Positions 20,301 to 28,894 of a stretch of DNA of 64,000 nucleotides are shown one piece after another. Below the pieces are notes generated by a model. The model saw only the letters and a program-made list of their open reading frames with translations. It searched no databases and was not told where the DNA came from. Numbering within the stretch: position 1 is the first letter of the stretch; every line of letters begins with the position of its first letter. Origin of the DNA: Tubiluchus corallicola (Eukaryota; Animalia; Priapulida); the NCBI GenBank assembly GCA_030141605.1, contig JAQGDQ010002399.1, positions 29,220 to 93,219 of the forward strand, given 5' to 3'. Made by a program: the position numbers and the translations under genes.

Positions 20301-20679
20301 GTGGAAAGCCCCTCTGGAAGTAGATATAGGACGCCAAACCATAACATACAATCAGCAAGAAGGCAATTTAGGAGAGGCATTACACCCTGCACCTTCTACT
20401 ACCAACAGTAATAGGGTAAGGATGAGCGATAGAGCAATTTATGACGGCTCGTTCATTAGATTAAAAAATGTGGTAATAAGTTACAGACCCCCAATCAAAA
20501 AGCTAAAAGGAGACTTAACTCTTTCCGTAGTAGGACGAAATTTACTCACATTTACCAACTATCCCGGCTACGACCCTGAAGTTACTTCACACGCAGGAAA
20601 CCCTCAAAAAATGGGAGTAGACCTTGGTGCTTATCCGGGAATTAGAAGTATCAACTTTGGAGTAGACTTTAAATTTTGA
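17395..20679 (+). CDS. susC: SusC/RagA family TonB-linked outer membrane transporter
   Basis: GEPLPGASV, PLYIVDG, INPADIE..EVLRDAASTALYGSRGANGVVLITTKRG, LTWE, IGDPNPDF, YPGYDPE, C-terminal F. Confidence 0.97.
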   Translation: MLRRLRITILVSFISTSSFSQIRTISGLVKSNDGEPLPGASVSIEDKAKGTITDMHGRFSFQAEKGDILLFSFLGFETKRIEVLNQSFIDVVLGEETQQIGEVIIVSSGYFDETKREVAGAIGQVRVDDMATKNPNTLETLLQGRVAGVVVSETGEPGGGISINVRGANSMFGTTQPLYIVDGIPIDPIADAEGSTAGGEAQSSLNFINPADIEKLEVLRDAASTALYGSRGANGVVLITTKRGKTGKGILNVSANISISTVAKTIDVLDGPGFAEYLNQRQINEFYKKITNPNRNGATMVYDGTQPINGFSFDGVVLNLPYNWVDDPLPSQVPISTDWQDEVYQLAATQKYNIGYSGGDDKGTYSLRLGMSDNEGVIINTKNQRLTYNMDVFKKLHANTLTLRSKTNVSYTKGRAGSINNGAVYQNRGVVSQTLRFQPLYGLLEEGDDVENAYALFNDGQPASNPYTLATELQDQKTAYTVFQSLILKAQVNPVFTYTLKGSVNYQNSLRDTYYPTTTQRGLRNNGEASYSTLLNQKWYIENNLFFKKKIKKHNTSLLLLNTLEKNDVRSLFSRVYGFPGDYTGYYDLSIASDVLPPVSAYHDFTLASFMARAAYNYNYKYIFNASIRADGSSKFAKNNKWGIFPSVAFAWLMVKEDFMKDIHAINNMKLRLSYGQIGNNPITPYQSLGTLESTTYNFDEKVVSGYYYSNLANDNLTWERTEQYNIGLDMGLWDNLVTLEADVYYKVTKDLLQRVQRPPSSGFPEIIDNFGEVENKGIELSLGVSPIRGKKLNWDITAIFGLNRNKLLSLNRDASYQRGPNVAFDEPANMFMEGKPLGIFWGAETDGVYEDWEEALASGIQGAAPGEIKYVNRNIDYLQDANGEYILDAEGNRIELEQQIINFEDYTQIGDPNPDFTLSLNNYFTYKQFTFSFLITAQKGGDILWLDGLTIEAMHNTTNMSTDAYNNSWKAPLEVDIGRQTITYNQQEGNLGEALHPAPSTTNSNRVRMSDRAIYDGSFIRLKNVVISYRPPIKKLKGDLTLSVVGRNLLTFTNYPGYDPEVTSHAGNPQKMGVDLGAYPGIRSINFGVDFKF

Positions 20680-20692
20680 AATACTAAACACA

Positions 20693-22357
20693 GTGAAAAA
20701 ACATATACAAATATTTATTCTTTGTCCCCTTCTGCTTCTAAGTGCTTGTACTAAATTTTTAGAAGAGAAGCCCTTGGTAAATTTAGATTTTGAAAACTTT
20801 TACCAAGATGAAACAGATGCACTGACAGGACTTAATGCTGCCTATGCTGCATTAAAAACCAATGGTTATTATCGGCAAATTTTTCCCACTGTTTTATTAA
20901 CAGCTTGTGATATTGCAGGAAGTAACAATATAAAAAATATAGACTTCAATCAGGGGACAGTTACCTCTACCAGCTCCCAATTAGGAGATATATGGACGAG
21001 TATATATGTAGCAATAAAAGAAGCCAATGTAGTAATAGAAAGAGTACCACAAATTGCCGATATGGATATTTCATTGAGAGATAGAATAGTGGGAGAAGCC
21101 CGTTTTTTAAGAGCTTTACATTACTTTATCTTGGTGAGAATTTGGGGAAAAGTACCTGTAAGGTTAAACTTAGTAGCTCCTGAAGATGATGGATACCTGC
21201 CCGTTTCTGAAATAAGTGAAGTATATAATGTTGTCATTCAAGACCTTAAATACGCTGCTGAAAAATGTTGGAAACGAGGTGAAGAACGTGATGGCAAAAC
21301 CAATGAACTTGGAAGAGCAACCCAAGAAGCTGCCCACGGAATGCTTGCTCAAGTATACTTGCATATAGCTTCATCAGCACGTTCTTATTTACAAGGAGGA
21401 ACAATAGGATTGTTACCTTATGGCGTATTTAGCAACTATGAAGCCTATTACGACTCTTGTATTCAAGAAGCTACTTGGGTCATTGAAAAAGGGAACAGTC
21501 ATCTTTTGAGCAATTTTGCAGGTATTTTTGAGGCTCTGGCTGGGAATAATGAAGAGATTCTTTTTGATGTTCAAAGCTCCTCTACTCCCGGGCAGGGATC
21601 TGCTATCTCCAACTTATTTTGTCCTAGAAATTCAGGGCTGGCAGGAAGTGGGTTTGGAGGAAATCATAGAATTTATGCCGACTTTATGAAACTAAAAGCA
21701 TTTAAAGATGAAACAGGAATAGACACTTCTGATATCCGTTTTCATTTAAGTATTATCAAAGAATATCAAGACTTGGACTGGAAATATACTATATTAGCAG
21801 AAGGAAACCACATATACTCTGCCTATAAAAGAGAATCACTTTCAACAGGAGAAGCAGGCAATAACCTCGCTGGAACATATACTTCTAAATACATAGACAC
21901 TAGGGCAACTACAGAATACACCAGCTCGCAAAATTGGCATGTTTTAAGATTGTCCGAAGTTTATTTAATGAGAGCCGAAGCCCTTGCCGAAAAATCAGGT
22001 ATCCCTTCTAATGCCTATCCCGACATAAATGAGGTTAGAAGCTACCGTAATGTTCCAGATATAGACGATAGTTATTTAGACAATTTTAGAAAGTTTAACA
22101 TAGAAACATATTCTTATGAAACTATTGCCGAACCTATGGAAAAATTTAGGGAAGCCATATTACACGAACGAACCCTAGAACTGCTGATGGAAGGACATCG
22201 CTACTACGATATTCTTCGACTAGGAAAACTGTTAGAAAAAAACAAAGCCACCAAAGGCAATGCAGACCCTAATATGAATGAATACTATGGAAATGATGCA
22301 AGTTATTTTTGGGCTATACCCCAAATTGAACGAGACACCAACCCTGCTATACAATAA
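20693..22357 (+). CDS. susD: SusD/RagB family glycan-binding lipoprotein
   Basis: Lipobox LSAC, GEARFLRALHYF, LRLSEVYLMRAEA, ERTLELLMEGHRYYD, IPQ.E..NP. Confidence 0.95.
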   Translation: MKKHIQIFILCPLLLLSACTKFLEEKPLVNLDFENFYQDETDALTGLNAAYAALKTNGYYRQIFPTVLLTACDIAGSNNIKNIDFNQGTVTSTSSQLGDIWTSIYVAIKEANVVIERVPQIADMDISLRDRIVGEARFLRALHYFILVRIWGKVPVRLNLVAPEDDGYLPVSEISEVYNVVIQDLKYAAEKCWKRGEERDGKTNELGRATQEAAHGMLAQVYLHIASSARSYLQGGTIGLLPYGVFSNYEAYYDSCIQEATWVIEKGNSHLLSNFAGIFEALAGNNEEILFDVQSSSTPGQGSAISNLFCPRNSGLAGSGFGGNHRIYADFMKLKAFKDETGIDTSDIRFHLSIIKEYQDLDWKYTILAEGNHIYSAYKRESLSTGEAGNNLAGTYTSKYIDTRATTEYTSSQNWHVLRLSEVYLMRAEALAEKSGIPSNAYPDINEVRSYRNVPDIDDSYLDNFRKFNIETYSYETIAEPMEKFREAILHERTLELLMEGHRYYDILRLGKLLEKNKATKGNADPNMNEYYGNDASYFWAIPQIERDTNPAIQ

Positions 22358-22376
22358 AAAAAGTAATTAATTTATT

Positions 22377-24206
22377 ATGAAAATAAAAACTATTATACTT
22401 TCGACCCTTTTTATTTTTAATATTGTATCTATTCTTGCCCAAGAACAATACAATGTAGTATTAATCGTTTCTGACCAACACAGAATAAAATCAACAGGCT
22501 GTTACGGAGATGAAATCGTAAAAACGCCTAATATTGATTTTCTTGCATCGCAAGGAGTAAAATTTACCCAATGCTATACTCCCGCACCCATATGTGCTCC
22601 TGCACGAGCAGCTATTTTTACAGGACTTTTTCCCTATCAGAACAAAGCATTGTATCACAAAGCACCTGTTAAAGCCCCGAATGGGAGAACCAAATACCTA
22701 GGTCCTGGTAAATCTGCAGAAACAAGTTATAGAAAAGGAATTGTTACTATGGCAGAATTCTTTCAAGAAAAAGGCTATCTCACTTCAGGGATTGGAAAAA
22801 TGCACGTGCATGGTGAAATGCAAAAAGGAGTGGATGATAAACTCCCACAAGGTAACTTTATGGGATTTGACACAACATCCCTACGCTATTACACCCACTT
22901 CCCCGGGGGACACTACGAAGACCATAAAGATGGAACTCCCTACAAGAAATATAGAGAAATGGGAGAATACAAACGGGAGCCTTTAAACCAAGAATACAAA
23001 CCTACTCTTGTAGAGAACGAAGAAGATGTATTTGATATGTTGGTTACTCAACAATCTTCCGATTTCATAAAGCAGGCTGCAAAAAAAGGAAAACCTTTCT
23101 TTACTTATGTAGGACTGGAAAAACCCCATATGCCTTTTACCACTATTCAACGACTTTTAGATTTATACGACCCTCAGGATTTTTCTTTTCCTCCAACTTA
23201 CAACGAAGTCAAAAAGAAAGGAAAATACCCTTGGGTGCCTGATTGGATACACAACGGGTTACCGTTGAACCACCCAGAAAAAGCAAAAAATGTAATGGCC
23301 TCCTACTATGCCTGCATCACTGAAGTAGATGAAAATGTAGGCAAGATTATTCAAACACTTAAAGAAACAGGGCAGTTAGATAAAACTATTATTATTTACA
23401 CTACCGACCACGGAGAGCATCTTTTTGACCACGGGCTAAGAGGAAAGCACAATATGTTTGACGATGCTGTACGTGTGCCTTTTATTGTTTATTGTCCATC
23501 TCTTTTGGGAGAAAAACCCAAAACTATTACTAGCCTTACTAACTTGTTAGATATTTATCCTACTCTATGCGACTTACTAAATTGGGAAGTGCCTAAAAAT
23601 CTTTCTGGAAGATCATTAAAGCCTGCACTTATTGGAGAAAAAGAAAATCCATTTCCAAGTAGAAGAGTATTTTGCGAATACCATTCAGGAAACTACAAAG
23701 CCTTTCCCGAAGAAAGATACTTACCCTCTCGTATGATGAGATACTGGAATATGAAATACATTTATACACACGGTATGATAGACCAATTATACTATATGAA
23801 GGACGACCCAGATGAATTGAAAAATTTAGCTTTTAACCAAGCACAAGAAGAAAAACTTTTAAAAATGCGGTTGATGGCTTTAGACGGTTGGAATTTTAGT
23901 GATTTTCCTCTGATGAAACTAAAACTAAAAGACAAAAAAACACTTACGTGGACCGCCTTTGAAGGAGTAAAAGAATATATTGTTTTTGGCTCTTCTAAAC
24001 CTTCACCCGAATTAGCAAAAATAGTGAAAAGAAACATAAATGCAGAAAGTATAAAAATTTCTGAATTATCAGAAACATATAACTACTATTGGGTAATGGC
24101 AGTGCCTAAATATAGTCGCACTGTTAAACGTTTTGGTGAAAAACCTGTGCTAATGGAAAAATTGCCACCTAATATTCCACTTACAAACAAATTAAGTATA
24201 AAATAA
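22377..24206 (+). CDS. Formylglycine-dependent sulfatase (S1, Cys-type) with C-terminal extension
   Basis: SDQH, CAPAR (CxPxR), GKMH, KPH, TDHG, GKH; signal peptide. Confidence 0.93.
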   Translation: MKIKTIILSTLFIFNIVSILAQEQYNVVLIVSDQHRIKSTGCYGDEIVKTPNIDFLASQGVKFTQCYTPAPICAPARAAIFTGLFPYQNKALYHKAPVKAPNGRTKYLGPGKSAETSYRKGIVTMAEFFQEKGYLTSGIGKMHVHGEMQKGVDDKLPQGNFMGFDTTSLRYYTHFPGGHYEDHKDGTPYKKYREMGEYKREPLNQEYKPTLVENEEDVFDMLVTQQSSDFIKQAAKKGKPFFTYVGLEKPHMPFTTIQRLLDLYDPQDFSFPPTYNEVKKKGKYPWVPDWIHNGLPLNHPEKAKNVMASYYACITEVDENVGKIIQTLKETGQLDKTIIIYTTDHGEHLFDHGLRGKHNMFDDAVRVPFIVYCPSLLGEKPKTITSLTNLLDIYPTLCDLLNWEVPKNLSGRSLKPALIGEKENPFPSRRVFCEYHSGNYKAFPEERYLPSRMMRYWNMKYIYTHGMIDQLYYMKDDPDELKNLAFNQAQEEKLLKMRLMALDGWNFSDFPLMKLKLKDKKTLTWTAFEGVKEYIVFGSSKPSPELAKIVKRNINAESIKISELSETYNYYWVMAVPKYSRTVKRFGEKPVLMEKLPPNIPLTNKLSIK

Positions 24207-24227
24207 TAAATAATAGCCAACAAGGGG

Positions 24228-25484
24228 ATGCACATAAATATAAGAAAAATAGTTAGATTAAGAATAGATTGGATAAAAACAATAATCAAAATTAGTTTAT
24301 TTCTAATGCTCCTACTGCCTTTCTTAGCTTTCGCACAAGAGGAGAACAAAGATATTACCCAGCAAGTAAACTATTTTATTGGAACGCAAACTATAGGACC
24401 TAAATATCAATTCACAGAGGACGACAATTTATTAGAAACTGCCAAAGGAATACGTGAAATGGGGTCTAACCTTCTAAAATTTTCTCTATCTAAGAACTAT
24501 TTCAAAAAATACAACCTCTCCAAAGACAATAGTATACAGTCTTTAAAAGACTTAGCAGAAAAACAAACATCTATAAAAAAGGTATTTGAAATGGATTTTA
24601 AATATTACCTTATGTGGGCTTATGGTTTCTCAAAAGTAGATAGAAAGAACGGATTATCTTCATCCGAAAAAAAAGAACTATATAAGGAAATGTATGACTT
24701 TGCTGCCTATTTACTGAAAACTTATAGTGGCACAAACAAAACCTTTTTCATTGGACACTGGGAAGGAGATTGGCATCTATACCCTAACTTTAAAAAAGAT
24801 ATACCCCCTACTAAAACTTTACTGGGAGGTATGACAGAGTGGTTGAACATACGCCAAAAAGCCATTGATGATGCCAAGAAAAAAATAAAACATACAGATG
24901 TAGAAATCTACCACTACACGGAAGTAAACCTGTTGAAAAAATCTATGGAAGGAGGAATTACTCTTACCAACAATGTATTACCCAAAACAAAAGTAGATTT
25001 TGTGTCCTATTCTTCCTACGACATTACTAAAAAGAACACAGACCAACCCGAGATAATGAAAAGAAACCTTAAAAAGGCTTTAAACTATATAGAAAAAAAA
25101 CTGCCAAAGAAAAAAGGACTACCCTTCAAAAAAAGAGTATGGATAGGAGAATATGGATATGGAATAAAAAACAACACACCTCAACAACAAAACCAACAAA
25201 GTATAGAAGTGATGAAAGCTGCGATAGAATGGGGATGCCCTTTTGTGCTATACTGGGAATTTTACAACAACGAAATAGAAAAAGACGGTTCACACAGAGG
25301 AATGTGGCTAATAAACGATAAAAACGAAAAACAACCTATATACCACACCCATAAAAACTTTTACCAGCAAATGAAAGAAAGAACAAAAGAATACTACCAA
25401 GAAACCCAACAGCTACCTAAACCCAAAAAAATACAAAAAGATGCCTTACAAGTATTAGAAAGATTAACAGATAAAGAGAGATGA
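24228..25484 (+). CDS. Uncharacterised secreted protein, putative clan GH-A-like glycoside hydrolase (paralog A)
   Basis: IGHWEGDW, DFVSYSSYD, VWIGEYG, LYWEFYNNE; signal peptide ending AFA-Q; paralog of 28895-30154. Confidence 0.6.
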   Translation: MHINIRKIVRLRIDWIKTIIKISLFLMLLLPFLAFAQEENKDITQQVNYFIGTQTIGPKYQFTEDDNLLETAKGIREMGSNLLKFSLSKNYFKKYNLSKDNSIQSLKDLAEKQTSIKKVFEMDFKYYLMWAYGFSKVDRKNGLSSSEKKELYKEMYDFAAYLLKTYSGTNKTFFIGHWEGDWHLYPNFKKDIPPTKTLLGGMTEWLNIRQKAIDDAKKKIKHTDVEIYHYTEVNLLKKSMEGGITLTNNVLPKTKVDFVSYSSYDITKKNTDQPEIMKRNLKKALNYIEKKLPKKKGLPFKKRVWIGEYGYGIKNNTPQQQNQQSIEVMKAAIEWGCPFVLYWEFYNNEIEKDGSHRGMWLINDKNEKQPIYHTHKNFYQQMKERTKEYYQETQQLPKPKKIQKDALQVLERLTDKER

Positions 25485-27382
25485 AGAAAATAATATTTAA
25501 AAGTTTTGCAGCAATAATGTTTATCATTTTCTTCCTACAATGTGAGAAAAAAGATGACATACAAACTGAAAAAACCGTAGAAGGAGGTATATATAACCTA
25601 AATACTGAGAAGAGAGAAAGCTCTGAAGATACCGTAATCCTAACTTGGGAGGTAAGCAAAGAAGGTGTTTTCTTCTCGCTCCTTATCAACGAAGAAGAAA
25701 CACGCTTCAATACCACAGCTTTTGAAATAACAGACACTATTTTTAATAGCACCATACAAGATAGTGTTTACCTATGTAGTAAAGACGTTCAAGTAAGCAA
25801 CAAGGTAGGAAAATACCTTTTTGAACTTTCTACTTACGATGGTGAAGGAACTCTTATGAGAGAAAAAGGCACAGATACCCTCTATCTTAGAGATATTTAC
25901 CCACCAGCACCAATAGAAAATCTCACGGCTAATATGATAGACGAAATTGACTATATAGTAGAATTAAAGTGGGAAAATCCATTAGACAACGATTTAGATT
26001 CTTTAAGAATTCAATATGGAGATGAAAATTCTGATAATATTACAAAGTTAGTGCACAAAACCATTACTTCCACAAACATACAACTAATAAACCCTCTCAT
26101 AGGAGTTAAATACACTTTTCAAGTATTTCCTCAAGACACTGCTGGTAATATAACTCCTACTTCCCCTGAAGCTTCTGTCGTAATTAGAGACGTTGTGCCA
26201 CCCGGTGAAGTTACTGGTTTTACGGCTACTCAAAATACAAATTACCTATCTGCCTTTATGCTGGATTGGACACCCCCAACAGATGCAGATTTAGACTCTT
26301 TCTTAATCACCTATTCAGGCGAAGGAGTGCTTACTGAAAATAAGAAAATAAGCAAAAACGAAGAGCTACCTTACCCTATTGTCATTCCCCAAATAAGTAC
26401 CATAAACAACATTGATTTTACTGTAAAAGCCATAGATGCTAGTGGTAATGAATCAGAAGGGGTTACAACGAATGCAAATGTTGATGAAACTATTATTTTT
26501 GTAAATAATGCCACGGAGTTAGACGCTGCTTTACTTACAGGAGGCAATGTATTCCTTACTGCTGATATTGATATTACAACAGTGAATAATGGTATTGGGC
26601 TAACTAACAAAGATATTACCGATAAAGATATAACACTTACAGTGTATGGGCAGGGGCATACAATTAACTCTTCTACAGACGATAATAACGACACTTATTT
26701 ATTAAGGGCTAGAACTTCGAATGACTCACATTCTATACACATAACATTTATACGAACTATTTTTAAAGATTTCAGAAGTAGTATAACTTTAAGTTCTACG
26801 GATGGTGGTGGTGCGTTAATGGGAGTTGGGGGAGCTGATTTTGGATTAAGTACAGATGCAGATGTCTCCTTAACCCTTTATAATTGTCTGTTAAGCAATA
26901 TTGTAGCCACTAGCTCAGCTGGAGGAAGCAACCTTATCACTGCGTTTGCCAGTGCAGAACTTTATATTTACAATACAACTCTTGTTCAACTTGAAAACTG
27001 TGGTGCTGCCAACAAAGGTGCCGTTATAAAAGGAGGTGCCTCTACAGGGATAAATAGAATGTTTGTTTATAATTCGATAGGCTTTTTTAAGAGAACAGGC
27101 CAGAATGCTGGTGATATGGTAAGGCTAAATACTTGGAATATCAATTCAGTCCCCACAGACAATAACTTTCGTGCCAATATGGTAGACTACGATAATGAAG
27201 ATTACACACCAAAAGACGGAGCTGCAAATTTGGTAGATGAAGGAAATATAGAATACAAACCTTCTTTTATGCAAGGGGTAGGGTTGGAGTACGACATAGA
27301 CATACTTGGCAATCCTAGAGTTAAAAATGGAGGTAAGGGAAACAATATAGACCTTGGTGCCATAGAGCGGCAGGGGCTATAA
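25481..27382 (+). CDS. Surface lipoprotein with two FN3-like domains and a C-terminal beta-helix/choice-of-anchor-Q-like region (probable glycan-binding protein)
   Basis: Lipobox FLQC followed by EKKDD; PPAPIENLTA..LKWENP, PPGEVTGFTA..LDWTPP, VKAIDASGNES; ends DILGNPRV...IDLGAIE. Confidence 0.65.
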   Translation: MKKIIFKSFAAIMFIIFFLQCEKKDDIQTEKTVEGGIYNLNTEKRESSEDTVILTWEVSKEGVFFSLLINEEETRFNTTAFEITDTIFNSTIQDSVYLCSKDVQVSNKVGKYLFELSTYDGEGTLMREKGTDTLYLRDIYPPAPIENLTANMIDEIDYIVELKWENPLDNDLDSLRIQYGDENSDNITKLVHKTITSTNIQLINPLIGVKYTFQVFPQDTAGNITPTSPEASVVIRDVVPPGEVTGFTATQNTNYLSAFMLDWTPPTDADLDSFLITYSGEGVLTENKKISKNEELPYPIVIPQISTINNIDFTVKAIDASGNESEGVTTNANVDETIIFVNNATELDAALLTGGNVFLTADIDITTVNNGIGLTNKDITDKDITLTVYGQGHTINSSTDDNNDTYLLRARTSNDSHSIHITFIRTIFKDFRSSITLSSTDGGGALMGVGGADFGLSTDADVSLTLYNCLLSNIVATSSAGGSNLITAFASAELYIYNTTLVQLENCGAANKGAVIKGGASTGINRMFVYNSIGFFKRTGQNAGDMVRLNTWNINSVPTDNNFRANMVDYDNEDYTPKDGAANLVDEGNIEYKPSFMQGVGLEYDIDILGNPRVKNGGKGNNIDLGAIERQGL

Positions 27383-27413
27383 AGAAAAGTAATTAAACAA
27401 TAGTTTGAAACAA

Positions 27414-28877
27414 ATGAAGAAATTTTTTTTACTCGCACTCATTATCTTACTAGTACTTAATTGTCAGCAAAAACAAGAAGCCAAGCGTCCTAACTTCTTG
27501 TTTATTCTTTTAGACGATTTACCTTATGATGCAATGGAAGATGTGGGACGTTATCCCTTCTTACAAACCCCTCATATATCTAAATTAAAAGATGAAGGAG
27601 TAAACTACTCTAATAGCTTTTGCACAATGTCCATTTGCTCTCCTTCTCGCGGAAGTTTTCTTACAGGTGTATATCCCCACTTGCACGGAGTAAATCAAAA
27701 TAGCCACAAGGTAGATCCCGACTGGGAAACATACAAGCCTTATTCTCAACTACTGCAAAAGTCAGGTTACCACACCGCTATGGTAGGAAAGATACATATG
27801 GCTCATAAAAAAGGCAGAGAACATATTCGTCCTGGGTTTGACTATTGGCTAAGTTTTCAAGGACAGGGGGATTACTTTGACCCCATACTCAATGAAAATG
27901 GGAGAGAATATCAAACAAAAGGATATATTACAGATATACTTACAGATTCTGCTGTTCATTGGTTAGAAAACAAATGGGATAGAAACAAACCATTTAGCCT
28001 TTGTTTATGGCACAAAGCTGTTCACGAGCCTTTTGAAGAACCTCCTAGACACAAAGACCTATACCGAGATGAGCCATTGCCTGAACCACCTTATGGAACT
28101 GCTTACGAAACCTTTGCAGGAAAACCAGAATGGCAGCGAATCAAATGGATGGACTCCGATTGGAAATCCTATGTCCCTGTGGACTCTATTACTCCCAGAC
28201 CTTGGGGCTATAAGTACGATTTTTATATGGCTTTATTGAGAACGTCTAAAGCTGCTGATGAATCAGTGGGGAAAATGATGCAAACATTGAAAGAAATAGG
28301 AGTATTGGAAAATACTGTTGTTATATTTGCTGCTGACAATGGTTATTTTATGGGGGAACATAACTATTGGGACAAACGTATTGCCTACGAACCTTCTATG
28401 CGAATCCCTCTTATCATACGCTACCCCGAAAGCATTCAGAAGGAAAAAAACATAAATAAAATGGTGCTAAACATAGATGTTATGCCTACTATTTTAGACT
28501 TAGCAAAGGTTGAAATTCCTGAATATGTGCAAGGAGAGTCTTTGTTGCATTTATTCAATCCACAAGGAAAAGAAAAATGGAGAAAATCCATTCTTTTTGA
28601 ATATTATGTGGATGATGCATATCCCTATGCAGGCCCCAATATGATAGCAGTAAGAACAGACAAGTACAAATATGTAGATGCTTTCTTAGAAAATGATATA
28701 AACGAACTTTACGACCTGCAAAAAGACCCAGGAGAAATGAAAAACCTTATCAATGTTGAAGAATACAAAGGAGTGCTAAAAGATATGAAAGAAGAGGCCG
28801 AAAGCCTGAAAAAGAAGTATAAATACAATCCTGATAGAGACTGGTGGATGAGAAAGTCATTAGGTAAAAAAGAATAA
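27414..28877 (+). CDS. Formylglycine-dependent sulfatase (Cys-type), GlcNAc-6-O-sulfatase-like (resembles subfamily S1_11)
   Basis: LLDD, CSPSR, GKIH, GFDYW..FQGQGDYFDP, HKAVH, DNG, GEH..DKR..YE.S.R.PL; ATG at 27414 preferred over TTG at 27405. Confidence 0.88.
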   Translation: MKKFFLLALIILLVLNCQQKQEAKRPNFLFILLDDLPYDAMEDVGRYPFLQTPHISKLKDEGVNYSNSFCTMSICSPSRGSFLTGVYPHLHGVNQNSHKVDPDWETYKPYSQLLQKSGYHTAMVGKIHMAHKKGREHIRPGFDYWLSFQGQGDYFDPILNENGREYQTKGYITDILTDSAVHWLENKWDRNKPFSLCLWHKAVHEPFEEPPRHKDLYRDEPLPEPPYGTAYETFAGKPEWQRIKWMDSDWKSYVPVDSITPRPWGYKYDFYMALLRTSKAADESVGKMMQTLKEIGVLENTVVIFAADNGYFMGEHNYWDKRIAYEPSMRIPLIIRYPESIQKEKNINKMVLNIDVMPTILDLAKVEIPEYVQGESLLHLFNPQGKEKWRKSILFEYYVDDAYPYAGPNMIAVRTDKYKYVDAFLENDINELYDLQKDPGEMKNLINVEEYKGVLKDMKEEAESLKKKYKYNPDRDWWMRKSLGKKE

Positions 28878-28894
28878 TAATTTTAAAGAAAACT

